Part shown: positions 51,108 through 64,000 of the stretch, piece after piece
Layout of the letters: the number at the start of each line of letters is the position of its first letter
Position numbering within the stretch: the stretch's first letter is position 1
The notes under the pieces: model-generated
What the model was told of the DNA's origin: nothing
Seen by the model: the letters and a program-made list of their open reading frames with translations, nothing else
Databases searched by the model: none
Translations under genes and position numbers: made by a program
NCBI RefSeq assembly: GCF_001194135.2
Contig: NC_068990.1
Span: forward strand, 6,440,986 to 6,504,985
DNA length: 64,000 nt
Direction: 5' to 3'
DNA from: Octopus bimaculoides
Lineage: Eukaryota

Positions 51108-51293
51108 TGTGTCTGTGTTTGTCCCTCTCCTAGCATTGCTTGACAACCGATGCTGGTGTGTTTATGTCCCCGTAACTTAGCGGTTCGGTAAAAGACCGAT
51201 AGAATAAGTNNNNNNNNNNTCGATTTGCTCGACTAAAGGCGGTGCTCCAGCATGGCCGCAGTCAAATGACTGAAACAAGTAAAAGAGTAAAAG
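50891..51293 (+). mobile_element. SINE family B, full length
   Basis: A-box TGGCTGTGTGG, B-box-like GGTTCAGTCCC, internal (TA)n(TG)n and GAGTAAAA tail. Confidence 0.93.
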
Positions 51294-51326
51294 GGATATA
51301 TACATTTATACATATTATTCTATATA

Positions 51327-51370
<44 letters not shown>

Positions 51371-53298
51371 GTTCCAGAGATTTGCTTCTCGTGCATCTTC
51401 TATACACCTCCTTTATTTCTTATGCTATATTATCCTTTAATGACTACTTCATCTTTTCTGCTGAAAGCTGAGGTTCCCTTCCTCCAATTGACTTCTCGAC
51501 ACAGAGTTCTATCCTTTCTAATGTGTTTATTTGGCATTGCAGCATGTATGAAATATTGTTTAAGCAAAAAAACCAGATTCTTCCCGCAGAAGGTATATAA
51601 GATTAGATAAAATTATTTTCTGTAGAGAAGAGAAGTTTTTGGAGGTAAGGAATTTATGACGTTATTGGCATTGTTGGTATGTTAAGAATGTATTACCACT
51701 ATTGGCATTATTTTAGGACTTTCGGAAATGGCTATAAAATACTGTCTGTTTGGGTATCGATTGAGAAAATATCTTTCCAATCTAACTGCTTTAATGTCTT
51801 AACAGTAAACTGCTCTGTATTTACTAAAATTATCAATCAATTGAAAAGTATTTAAGGATTACTGGCGTCTGCGGCTTGTTTATTGAGCTTAGTCAGGATT
51901 AATCTTTCCAGCATTGATTTCGGATATCACAGCTGGCAGCTAGCTGCAGTAAGAGGAAATTTCAAACGCATTCATAATCGTTCTAACGTTGGCTACACCA
52001 GAAATTTTATTTTACATAAATCCTTTCGAGTATGTAGTTTGTAAAATGTAAATGATAATAATTATAAGAGGTTTCAATGAAATTAACATAAACTTATGTG
52101 CATGCATTCGCGCGTGTATAATGTGTTTGTGTGTGCTTCATGAACAGTTCGTGATCTTCCGGATTCCTTACATGCTGTAATTCACAACTGTAATGTATAT
52201 TAACTTCATATTACATTCTAGAAACTACTTATGCAGTCATTTTTGACAGTGTTGTGAGAATTGTAGTGGAGGTCATGCCAAAGTTTATTGGTATTCTCAA
52301 CGATTATGTTAAAATATAAGGAATAAAGCAACAACAGACTTTTAACAAGATAACCGTAGCTAAACAAAAAGAAATATGGACAAGACATATTTATAGAAAA
52401 GCTTATATCTCTGAATACTGGTAAGGGAACTTAGAAATACGTAATTATATGTGTACCTGTGTGTGTGTGTGTGTGTGTGTACAGAAAGGGGGATAAATAT
52501 AGTTAGTGCGGATATGAAATAAGTGTGATAAACCCAAACAAGATGAAGAAAGACTAGATATGGGTATATTAAAAAAGACAGGTAAATGCTGCTCAACACT
52601 TTACCGGTTTTTATTATGTTAACTGCACATCTGCTGATCGAAACTAATCTGTCACCTTTAATGTATCCAATGGATAACTCAGACGTCGCTATATAAAGTC
52701 AACTCGAATGCTTGGCATGATGGCTCTTCCCAGCCAATTGATACACGAATCGTTTCCAACGAGTAATAAATTCTGTCCTAAATTTCTTCAATATTCAGGT
52801 TTTTTAAAAGGATTTTGGAAAGATGGCCAAAAGAAGAATTAGTTTTCTGACATGAATGGTCTCATTGACATATCACTTCAGAGAGCTGATGCAAATGAAA
52901 AGTGTTATTGAATAATTCTTTCCTTTTCTCGGAGATCATGAAAATTCATTTATCAATATAACTAAAATAATTAGGTAGCTGATGATGGACTAAATGACTT
53001 ATTAAAAAAATTTCCTATGAATTGAATTTTATCTTTTAGTTGGAGAAATAACATAAAACCCTACCATTAATTTTAGGGACTCTCAATATGCGAAATAATT
53101 TCAAGAGAGCGAAAATGAATTTGACAGAGAATTGAATGTTCATGCATTAAGAAGAAATCTGCAGGAAAAGTAACAATTACAGACAAGTTTAATTCTTTTT
53201 TTTTTATAAGAGAACCGACATATTTCCATAAGCTCACATTTCGAAATTATGCAAATCATTCCAGTCGAAAGTCTTCGTAATTCTCTTTTCTACATGTA

Positions 53299-55095
53299 CA
53301 AGGTACATTCCAGAAGTTTTGAGACTGTTTCGAGAGACATTTATTTATTTCAAAGAAGTACAAAACTCTAATCACCTTCAAAGTAACATCCTCCGACATC
53401 AATGCACTTGTAGCGCTCCAGCTACTTCGTGAATGTCTCATGGAAGTCCTCCAAAGTGAAAGTGTCCAAGACCCTTCTCACAACCTCCTTCAGTTTCTGA
53501 ATGTCTTCAAAATGACTGCCCTTATGGTTTTCATTCATCTTGAGGAGTAACTAAACGTCAAAGGGAGCAAGATCTGTACTGTAAAAAAGATGAGAGACAG
53601 TTTTGTTATCCATGTCAAGTAGTTGGTTACCAGGATGGAATTTTGGACTGGTGCATTGTCCTGATACAAGTGCCACCGCCTGAATGGAGAAGGTCTATCT
53701 TTTGTAACAAAATTTATTCCTGAGCTCTCAAAACCTTCACAAAGCATTCTTTGTTGATCGTTTGCCCAGAGGAAGCCCAGCGCAGGTAGATGATGCCCTT
53801 ATTGTCGAAAACTGGGATCGTCATGCGCTTCGCGGTGGGCTAGCTTTGCCTGACTTTTTTGTGTATTGGGGAGCCTGGATGCTTCCACCGGGCACTCTGT
53901 CTTTTGGTTCTGGATTATAATAGTTGATGCAGCTTTCGTCATAGTTCAAAGACTCGAGTACTCTTGGATTGGTGGTAATGCACTGAACCGTCTCCTTGTT
54001 GTCACCAACGCTTTTTACTTTCTGTTCGTCACTGAGCACACTAGGGAGAAACTTTGCACATGTTCAGATCTTCATGAATAATTCTGTGTACACTTGCCAC
54101 AGTGGAAGCGCAATGGCCCAGTGGTTAGAGCAGCAGACTTGCGGTCGTAGGATCGCAGTTTCGATTCCCAGACCAGGCGTTGTGAGTGTTTATTGAGCGA
54201 AAACACCTAAAGCTTCTCGAGGCTCCGGCAGTGGGGTATTGGCGAATCCTGCTGTACTCTTGTACCACAACCTTCTCTCACTCTTTCTTCCTGTTTCTGT
54301 TGCACCTGTATTTCAAAGGGCCAGCCTTGTCACACTTTGTGTCACGCTGAACCTCCCCGAGGACTACGTTAAGGGGATGGTGGCGAACCCTGGTGTACTC
54401 TTCCACCACAACTTACTTCCTGTTTCTTTTGTGCCTGTAATTCAAAGGGGCCAGCCATGTCACACTGTGTCACGCTGAATATCCCCGAGAACTACGTTAA
54501 GGGTACACGTGTCTGTGGAGTGCTCAGCCACTTGCACGTTAATTTCACGAGCAGGCTGTTCTGTTGATCGGATCAACTGGAGCCCTCGTCGTCGTAACGG
54601 ACGGAGTGCCAGCCACACTCGCCACACCAACTCCATACTCTATGTCTATTGCCTTTATAGACATACGACGGTTTTCACCTTAAAAATTGCAAATTCTCTC
54701 AACCAGATCTGATGTTTTGACATCCATCTCCCTCCCGCACCTCTCATCGTTTCTCACTTTCTGTCTACCGTCCTTGGAATACAGATGCTCGGATCATACA
54801 AGTTAATCCGTAAGTTTCTGTAGTGTTTTTGCCCAGTTTAACACAAGATTTTATTTTATCGCTAGCTTCCAAATTACCTTTACGTTCCGACCGCATTCTG
54901 GAAGCTAGTCAGCTATGATAAGCAGTGTTCAGTAAGGTATATTCAGAGTGCTGTTACAGCCGTCTCCTTCCCTCTGGAATAATAAGTTGGCAGGTCAAAT
55001 TATTAGATATACAATGATGATATATAAAATAGCAATAATCTGACACTTATAACTGTCTCTCCTAAAAAAGTCTCAAACTTTCGGGAATGTTGCAA
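53299..55095 (-). mobile_element. Full-length degenerate mariner (about 1.27 kb without the nested SINE)
   Basis: Imperfect TIRs at 53299-53325 and 55070-55095 flanked by TA. Remnants IKSCVKLGKNTTETYG, LSDEQK...DESCINYYNPE and WHLYQDNAPVQNSILVTNYLT. Confidence 0.85.
54102..54615 (+). mobile_element. SINE family A, copy 5, with an internal about 130-bp duplication
   Basis: The ggtggcgaaccc...ctacgttaaggg segment occurs twice. 11-bp TSD CACTTGCCACA/CACTCGCCACA. Confidence 0.92.
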
Positions 55096-55800
55096 TACTG
55101 TTGTAATGCAAATTCTATTGACCAAACATTCTTTGTAACTTTTTCTATTTATGAAAACTTGTTTACTGATCAAAGCAGTTTTGAATGGAATATGCTCCCA
55201 AATTCTTATAAGTTTAAAAATTCAATATTTTGTGAAATTAATTTTAACTTTATGAATTTATCTTCCCTTGCCTGTGAAAATAAATAACATTTACCACGAG
55301 GTTTTGTTTTCCTCAAATTTCGATTCTTGAAGATTTTTTTTTCTTTGCGTATCTACCTTAATTATCTAAATTCTTATTATAGGCCTATTTAATTCATTTC
55401 ACTTAGTTTAGTTGTCATAATTATAACAAACTATTTCATGGAATTAATGATAAACCTGTTGGATTATTTCTGAAAACTTTATCCAAAAAACCTGAAAGAG
55501 TAGCCTGTGTTGTGTCTGTACCAAAAGATAGTCGCTCATCTGCTAATCATTGAAAAGTAAAGGAAGTTGGAAAACGATGATTACTTAATGCACTTTATAT
55601 ATACACTTTATATACTTTATGCACAATTTTATAGACTTAATACACAGTACTCACTCTTTCTCTCTCACTCTTCGCCTTACTCTCTTTGTCTCTCTCCTTT
55701 TTCTTTCGCTCTTCGCCTTTCCTTTCACCTAATCACATGAAAGCTTTACAGACGGGCTAAGTAACAGAAAGAAAACCTTAGTTAAAAAAAATTACACATA

Positions 55801-55961
55801 GGCGTAGGAGTGGCTATGTGGTAAGTAGCTTGCTTACCAACCACATGGTTCCAGGTTCAGTCCCACTGCGTGGCATCTTGGGCAAGTGTCTTCCACTATA
55901 GCCTCGGGCCGACCAAAGCCTTGTGAGTGGATTTGGTAAACGGAAACTGAAAGAAGCCCGT

Positions 55962-55996
<35 letters not shown>

Positions 55997-56214
55997 ATAT
56001 GTTTGTGTGTCTGTGTTTGTTCCCCCCCCCATAGCTTGACAACCGATGCTGGTGTGTTTATGTCCCCGTAACTTAGCGGTTCGGCAAATGAGACCGATAG
56101 AATAAGTACTAGGCTTCCAAAGAATAAGTCCTGGGTTCGATTTGCTCGACTAAAGGCGGTGCTCCAGCATGGCCACAGTCAAAAGACTGAAACAAGTAAA
56201 AGAGAGTAAAGAGT
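55801..56214 (+). mobile_element. SINE family B, full length
   Basis: Same body as 50891; inserted into the Helitron-like repeat. Confidence 0.93.
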
Positions 56215-56479
56215 ATTTCACTCTTCCTCTCCTCCCCATATCTCCCGGAATGAAAAGCAAAATTATTATAAGATTACACTTGCAGAAATCTTCGTAACTC
56301 TTTTCCTACTGGCAGAAGCCTCTGTCAAATGATAGAGTAAACTATATTATATCAACGAGGCTGAATAACATGAAGATATTTCAGTAGCTGTCATTTTACC
56401 AGCAACCAAAGATCAGAATTTTACCCTCTGCGCAAACATTGAATTTTCTGTGAGACTGAATTCGTAATTTATTCAAATG

Positions 56480-56830
56480 GACCTTCATTATCTATGAGAG
56501 ATGTTAAAAATTATCATTAGGTTTTTGTGTTCTTTCTCCAACTAAAATGAAAATTTCATTTCATTGTATACGCTGTTACGCATCACTTGAATTATATAAG
56601 CTCATGCCATTGCTTCACTTGTAATTAAAATAATATCGAATTTGTAATTCTTGCACTCACTTTTGACTGTGACCTTGAAAGTTACCTCGACCTGCCATTC
56701 ACATTTATGCAATCTCAGGGCAATGCAATTATTTCTGTCAAGGATTACGCATAGTGCTGCAGATACTGTGACATTATCGAAAAAAGATAGCAGCATTGTG
56801 TACATTGATGTTACGCAGTGTTAAAACTTC
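56480..56830 (-). mobile_element. Penelope-like RT fragment, very degenerate
   Basis: Weak DV..LYT and G.AMG-like remnants. Confidence 0.3.
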
Positions 56831-56881
56831 TCTTTCAAATCTTTATATATCCATATAATCCGATTATAATTCAGATAAATT

Positions 56882-56927
<46 letters not shown>

Positions 56928-57852
56928 AGTAAAAATATATACAAAAAAAGGGGTTTTGTATGATTGTGTATAGAGGAATATATTATTTTGTTTAAAAGAG
57001 TTCCAACTCTGTCTGTTTTTTATGTNNNNNNNNNNNNNNNNNNNNNNNNNNNNNNNNNNNNNNNNNNNNNNNNNNNNNNNNNNNNNNNNNNNNNNNNNNN
57101 NNNNNNNNNNNNNNNNNNNNNNNNNNNNNNNNNNNNNNNNNNNNNNNNNNNNNNNNNNNNNNNNNNNNNNNNNNNNNNNNNNNNNNNNNNNNNNNNNNNN
57201 NNNNNNNNNNNNNNNNNNNNNNNNNNNNNNNNNNNNNNNNNNNNNNNNNNNNNNNNNNNNNNNNNNNNNNNNNNNNNNNNNNNNNNNNNNNNNNNNNNNN
57301 NNNNNNNNNNNNNNNNNNNNNNNNNNNNNNNNNNNNNNNNNNNNNNNNNNNNNNNNNNNNNNNNNNNNNNNNNNNNNNNNNNNNNNNNNNNNNNNNNNNN
57401 NNNNNNNNNNNNNNNNNNNNNNNNNNNNNNNNNNNNNNNNNNNNNNNNNNNNNNNNNNNNNNNNNNNNNNNNNNNNNNNNNNNNNNNNNNNNNNNNNNNN
57501 NNNNNNNNNNNNNNNNNNNNNNNNNNNNNNNNNNNNNNNNNNNNNNNNNNNNNNNNNNNNNNNNNNNNNNNNNNNNNNNNNNNNNNNNNNNNNNNNNNNN
57601 NNNNNNNNNNNNNNNNNNNNNNNNNNNNNNNNNNNNNNNNNNNNNNNNNNNNNNNNNNNNNNNNNNNNNNNNNNNNNNNNNNNNNNNNNNNNNNNNNNNN
57701 NNNNNNNNNNNNNNNNNNNNNNNNNNNNNNNNNNNNNNNNNNNNNNNNNNNNNNNNNNNNNNNNNNNNNNNNNNNNNNNNNNNNNNNNNNNNNNNNNNNN
57801 NNNNNNNNNNNNNNNNNNNNNNNNNNNNNNNNNNNNNNNNNNNNNNNNNNNN

Positions 57853-58700
57853 GACCAGGGCATAGTGGCTAGTTTTTCAGGCTCCAGGAGTTGTTTGCCA
57901 TGACTCTACAAGTAAGCAATGTTCGAGCACTGGACGAGTGCGTACAGAACAGTTTTGTCGCTTAGGGTGTATCTTGGGTAGGCACTGTTGTCAGTACTAT
58001 CATGCCTTTAGAGTTTATCTCGAACTGGCAATGTCCCTCCCCGGAAGCATTATCAAGCTAAAGATTTCTGGAAATTCTGCATGTGACCTGGCCTGTAAGT
58101 CCTCCGGAACAGAGAAGTCGGTTGATTATCGTTGATAATGAGAATTGCATTGAAAATGTCATCGCTCTTGCCCGCCATTAAATCTCTACAAAACGCCAGG
58201 CAAAGGGATGTGAGATCCTGATGACATTCTCGGTACCAAGCACTCGGCCTCGGTCAAAGCTTGATTCAAGACTGCAGTTCTATGAAAGAAACGAACGGCG
58301 GAAAAGCGAGTTTGACAAAAGACAACAACATCTGCTCACTGTCAAGGAAACATTGGAAATGCTGTAGCCCCAGTTCCAACGGATGTCTGTGTATCGTTAG
58401 CCATGGCATTCTTAGTCCTCCATTCAGCGGTGGGGTTAACCGATTGAAGAGTTAGGTGCAAAAGCTTCACAAAGTAGCTACCGACTAGATTTCTCGAATG
58501 TGCCATTCCAGGTCATATCTACAGAATACTCATTATTTTGTTGAGGATGGATTTCGTTGTCGTTTCGACGAAATTGTTCCCTCTCATCTATTTTTCTTGC
58601 TTTATGTTGAGTTTTCTTTATCTGTGATTTTTTCCTCTTTGTATTTTCATCAACCATTTGGAATTTTCTTCTGCAATTATTATTGCTTTCTCATCATACA
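57853..58700 (-). mobile_element. Possible LTR-retroelement (Gypsy-like) relic
   Basis: Weak EFPEIF...LPGR...QLLEP..PW remnant and a possible decayed Zn knuckle. Confidence 0.25.
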
Positions 58701-59526
58701 ATGAAGGCGTGGTACTAAAGCTTGATATTGTTAGGGAACGGGTTAGTTGCTCATCAGTTTCTAGAGTTTTGGCTGGCGGTGCTCTGGCGGTGCTCTAGGT
58801 TTTTCGTTCTTGCTGCTTATTTTTATTAATTTTCTTTTTCTAATTTTTCTGTCTTGTTTTTTTTTTGTTTGTTTTTAGTCCTTCAGGTATTCAGCTCTAA
58901 GATTAGTTTTATTCCAACAAATATAGATTCGAAACTTGTGTTACTAATATTATTCCTCTGTCTCGGCGCTTTCTACAAGGTACTGTGATCTTCGGTGGTT
59001 ATTAGGACATGTAAATCCATTTTGAAGTCACTTCACCAGAGGTCAACTTTCACTACGCATGCTTTGACTACCCCCATCCCTCCATCCCGTACTGCCGTAC
59101 AAAAATCACTGCTAACCAGTCTCTTATGTCTCTTATTAGGAATTTTGTATGTCTTTACCCATATACCGAAGCACAAATGAATAGGCAAATATATGTCTGA
59201 CAATTTCAGCTTATTTTGTTTGTATTTTCAAATTTAGAGGTGTATTAAATAATGCCATAACTTTAACCGTTATCAATGGAAAGAACTTCTTTGACTATTC
59301 CTGAAGTGCCTGTTATATTACTTGATGGGAGTCATTGCATTGAGGATATGAAAATGCAATGAGTGTAAATACAAACCTCTTTGTTTTCTGCCGCCTACTC
59401 TGGGTATTGAGGGAAGCCTTGTCATGGGCAATTACAGTTATTTTTATAAGTATTTCAAAGAGATTTCCATTTGATAAAACTTAAATAGACTGTTTCGAAG
59501 AATAAAAAATATGTCTCTACATTACG

Positions 59527-59865
59527 AGAGTCAAAGTCGACCTCTGCGGAATTTGAACTCAAATCGTAAAGGGTCAGAAGAAATGCCGCTAAGCATTTTG
59601 TATTTCATGCTTACGATTCTGTTAGCTTGTCGTCTTATTCTCTTTAATATTGGTACAAGGTCATCGGTTAAGAAGGGAGGGGCGAGTCAATTACATCGAT
59701 CCCGAGTCAATTACATCGATCCCAGTACTTGACAGGTACTTTATTTTATTAACCCCTAAATGACGAAAGGCAAAGTCGACTTCGGTGAAATTTGAACACA
59801 GAACGTAAAGATCTGTAACGGTTACTGCTTGGTATTTTCTTCAATTCTACTAGCTCGCCGCCTTA
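59527..59865 (-). mobile_element. Two degenerate SINE family C copies
   Basis: aaagtcgacctc..ggaatttgaact and ggcaaagtcgacttcgg motifs. Confidence 0.7.
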
Positions 59866-60277
59866 ACCAGTCAAATTTTCTTGCTTGTCTGTTTACCATC
59901 ACTCCGACTTAAAAATAAAGAGGAACCTCGAAATAAATATTCTGTATGTTTTGTCAAATAGAATCTTATTACAAATTATAACAATGATATGCAGAAATGC
60001 ATGGATTTTATAGATACCCCTGTATTTTCTCAAGGGAAAATACAGCAGAAAGATTATCCAACTACAACGAGTCAGAGAACATGATAATTCAAAGAAAAGT
60101 AAATTTTAACCTCAAGCTACTTCATGGCTGTTGTAAATGCTCCTGCATCATACAGACGGTTGGTACATTGATGCTAGAAAGAAAAGAAGATACACAAATA
60201 TAATTTAGAATGAACATGAATAATTAGTCTGAAAAATATATATAACTACATGAGAAACAATAAAGTACACAAGAATA

Positions 60278-60490
60278 CAGGGTGCGTAAGGAATTTGAGG
60301 ACATACATTTTTGGGGTCATTGCTGCATTTTTGCTAACTCTGTATAATCTTTGTTTTGGAAAATAATAACGGCAGACACTCACCTTACTTAAGGCATGCT
60401 GTTATTGTGGTTGTAAAGGCTGAGCATAGCGATTTAGAAATACCATGTGTTTCAGTAAGACTCTACACAATCACACATGGTCTGCATATA
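60278..60490 (+). mobile_element. Internally deleted maT/DD37D-like element
   Basis: TA|CAGGGTG start. RHAVIVVVKAEHSDLEI is joined directly to VFQ*DS..SH. Confidence 0.6.
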
Positions 60491-60614
60491 TATTGCCCCA
60501 TCATATACATGTCGGTAATTGAAAATCTACTCCTCCAAATGCAACAGAATAATTGAACATTAAAAAAATGTAATTCAATTAGAACAGAAGAAGTGTACGT
60601 TCGAGTCCAAGCAC

Positions 60615-60653
<39 letters not shown>

Positions 60654-60983
60654 GCACACACACACGCACGCACGCACGCACGAAAATACACACAACTCTT
60701 CTCGTTCCACTTCTTGTCTCAACCTTCTTTTATTTTTTGATCGTGTTTTCTCATGTACCAGCGTCCTGGCCTTCCAGAAGCCTAACCATGTACACTGAAC
60801 CTGAAAGACTGCTTGGAGACATAAGGCACGTGTTATATAATTCTGCCGAATTATCGTATCTCCGTGGAATGAAACTATTAATAGCTCTTCTTTTGATACT
60901 TTGCACCATAAATGACATTTACCTCTAACTAGATGGAGTACTTTTTAGTTGATCCTGCATATAACGGGACAGTAAACTATACA

Positions 60984-61025
60984 CAGTAATCCCTCGCTAT
61001 ATCACGGTTCACCTATCGCGGTTTA
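60984..61025 (+). mobile_element. pogo/Tigger-like terminal sequence (single end)
   Basis: CAGTAATCCCTCGCTATATCACGG; no partner TIR found. Confidence 0.4.
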
Positions 61026-61134
61026 TCATTTAAGCTTACGTTGATTCGTCTGTGGTGTTGTTTTGCGTTTATAATAAAATAGGCATTGTCTCGTTTGAAA
61101 CAGCATAGATAAATATATAGAAATCATAAGAATG

Positions 61135-61182
<48 letters not shown>

Positions 61183-61379
61183 ATATTTTTCCAATTTATA
61201 ATTAACGTTTATTGTTTGTATTTAACTTCCAATTTTCATTAGTTATGGAATTTACAGGTAGGATAGAGCCACTGTTTTGGAATTCATCTTTGAAGGATAT
61301 CCCCATCCCATCTAGAAAGGATTATATTTTATTAATTTTTCTATATGTGACAGTGGATTTTCATCGATGAGTTCATGAA

Positions 61380-61398
61380 CCTTGGTTCTTTTCCCTAA

Positions 61399-61429
<31 letters not shown>

Positions 61430-61627
61430 GCCTGCCCACCTGACTTGTGCTCCCCTCAACTGTGTGTGAATGCTTGGCAGATCAGCTCGAGAAAAAACCC
61501 CTTTGTCTGAGAGCTTGCGTTTCCAGGTGATATTCAGCAGATCACTGAGACAGTTAATGTGAAAGCTGTTTAGCTTTTTGGCGTGGTGTTCGTAAACCGT
61601 CCAAGTTTCGCTGGCGTACAGTAGCAT
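61380..61627 (-). mobile_element. RTE-clade LINE fragment
   Basis: LLYASETWTVY..HAKKLNSFHINCL..LLNITW...LPSI...QVRWAG. Confidence 0.8.
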
Positions 61628-62056
61628 ATGAGTTGACAGAAAACTTACAGATCTGATGTTATCTATGGTGTATCAAATAGCTAATAAAATTAATTAACAG
61701 TGATTTGAAAATTACAACTTCTGGACATTTGATGTTCTGCTAAACCGGTGCTGCGATTACTATAGACAGGAGTAGCGAAGATCGATCGCAGTGAGAAGAA
61801 ACAACCAAACAGGATAATCTCTCTCCGGGTAATTGACAAATTTAGAAAAAAAAAAAAAATAGTGGACAGTTAGATGTATTCATTCATTAAGTGTAAAGTG
61901 AATAATAACTTCACAAACCACCAGCTGAAACTGTATGATAGAATATTTAAATTCTATGGGAATTCTAGGCAACAAGAGATACAAATAGGCCGCCTAATGG
62001 TCTTTAAGCACGAACTCCATGTAATAAGTCAGCAATTTCTTTACATCTATAAATAC

Positions 62057-62431
62057 GTGGAGGCGCAATGGCCCAGTGGTTAGGGCAGCGGACTCGCGGT
62101 CATAGGATCGCGGTTTCGATTCCCAAACCGGGCGTTGTGAGTGTTTATTGAGCGAAAACACCTAAAGCTCCACGAGGCTCCGGCAGGGGATGGTGGCGAA
62201 CAACTTTCACCACAACTTTCTCTCACTCTTACTTCCTGTTTCTGTTGTGCCTGTAATTCAAAGGCTCAGCCTTGTCACACTGTGTCACGCTGAATATCCC
62301 CGAGAACTACGTTAAGGGTACACGTGTCTGTGGAGTGCTCAGCCACTTGCACGTTAATTTCACGAGCAGGCTGTTCCGTTGATCGGATCAACTGGAACCC
62401 TCGACGTCGTAAGCGATGGAGTGCCAACCAC
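62057..62431 (+). mobile_element. SINE family A, copy 6
   Basis: Full body with a small internal deletion; TSD ATAAATAC at 62049-62056 and 62432-62439. Confidence 0.93.
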
Positions 62432-62435
62432 ATAA

Positions 62436-62487
<52 letters not shown>

Positions 62488-62599
62488 GTGTGTGTATATA
62501 TATTTAAAGCCATCGAGGACGAAAAGTCATCAATCGCAAATTTGCAATAATCTCACAAACAATATATCGTTGTGTGAGAGGCTATAGCATAAAGGGCGT

Positions 62600-64000
62600 G
62601 AAAGGCCCTCCTTGGGTGATCAGGAATCATTGTGAGGAAGGATCTGGTATGTAAACAAATAGCACAAACATGATGCAGATTGAGAGATGAGCTACAGATC
62701 GAGTACTGTGGTGTCTCCCAAAACTTATTAATACCAATAGTGAAATTCTCCTGACGTTTGTTATAAAACTGCTGAACAGGAAATCACATGGGAGGGACCA
62801 GATATTCGGATAAGAAAGCTCACAGTTTACACAACAGCCTCGTGAAGGTGTTAAAAAATACAGTGAATGTTGATATTGGTGTACCAGATTGACTGGTAAG
62901 TTGCATGTATAATGGTCGTAGATAAAAAACCTGGAGATGCAAGAAGTAAAAAACTACAAAGCTATAAGAGTGATTGAATGAGACGTATAAATTATACACA
63001 GACCGCTTGAATGCATTCCTCCCAAATCACTGCGAGACACACAGTATAGTGGCTAAAGAGCAGGTAGGAAGAAAGAAAGATTTTTATTACCAAGGCTGTC
63101 GTTAAAGAAGCGAAGCAGCACCGGCAAAACCTGCTAACTATATGGTTAGATTATAAGATGGTATTTGAGTCTGTTCCTCACTCATGGATAATAGAATTAC
63201 TACGACTTGCTTAAGTTCCAAAAGCTATAGTCAATACCTTTAAGAAGCTGACAAGATAGTGAACAGAGCTTTCGATAAGAACTGAATCTACCACTATTGT
63301 CATTAACAGAATTAAGCTATCGACAGGAATATTTCAGGATGACAGCTTATCTGTTATACTTTTCGTCCTTGCATTGAACATTTTGTCAGCCCTGATAAGA
63401 GCTACAGATGAAAGAAAAATTAATTTCACCTACACCATTTACTGTTGATGGCCTTAATCTGTATTCGAGTAATATTCACGACACCAAGAAGCATATAGAA
63501 CTGGTTGTAACTTTCACACGGGGCATAAGAATAACGTTTGATCAGAATAAGTACCCAGGTAGTCAAACGAGGAAAGCTCGTCGATTAGGCAAGGAATATG
63601 CATATCAATGGCCTGTCTATCTCGCCAACCACAAGTGTTGAGTGTTATAAATATCTTGAGATCGACAACAATATCGCATATATTAGTGCTGTGAGTAAAG
63701 CTAGAGTGATAAAAGAATACATCAGCAGACTTCAAAAAATCGTGGAGGGCAGTGCTGTCTACATTCAATAAAACTATATCCCACAGTGATTTTGCAGTGC
63801 CAATACTACGACAAATATTTGGGACACTAAACTGGACATTTGAAGACATTTTCAACTTGGACATCAGGAATAGGAAGGTACTAACAATGACTGGTAACTT
63901 CCACTTCAACAATGTCACTGGCAGGATCTATGTTAAACGGAGGGATGGAGGTAGGAACATAAGATCGGTCTAGACAGCTTTTGAATACCACATTATGTCA
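62600..64000 (+). mobile_element. R4-clade LINE RT region, degenerate, running off the window edge
   Basis: WLDYKMVFESVPHSWII, GIFQDDSLSVILFVLALN and AVPILRQIFGTLNWT. Same family as 36310-38370. Confidence 0.8.

Overview
AT-rich, microsatellite- and transposon-dense metazoan genomic DNA with nine N-gaps. It is probably from a coleoid cephalopod (octopus-like); this is inferred from the repeat families and is not proven. I can support one protein-coding gene: a minus-strand vesicular GABA/glycine transporter (VGAT/VIAAT, SLC32A1/unc-47 orthologue). Its CDS is join(complement 40114..39794, 10751..10552, 7452..6438), giving 1536 nt / 511 aa with canonical GT-AG junctions and compatible phases, a 29-kb intron 1 and a 3.1-kb intron 2. 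The rest is interspersed repeats: at least four tRNA-derived SINE families, mariner and maT (DD37D-like) Tc1/mariner relics, R4/Dong-like restriction-endonuclease LINE pieces clustered in (TAA)n arrays, and Penelope-like, RTE, Jockey/CR1-like, Helitron/Helentron-like and hAT fragments. Nearly all other ORFs in the supplied track come from microsatellites, gaps or repeats. I found no convincing novel multi-gene system. The best leads are a (TAA)n-associated R4/Dong hotspot with a recurrent short 3' module, several inverted-repeat pairs in the VGAT pre-mRNA (possible ADAR or back-splicing substrates), a loop-less 156-bp palindrome downstream of the gene, and an apparently conserved VGAT sorting motif. 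Repeat boundaries are approximate and family names come from motif recognition, not database searches.
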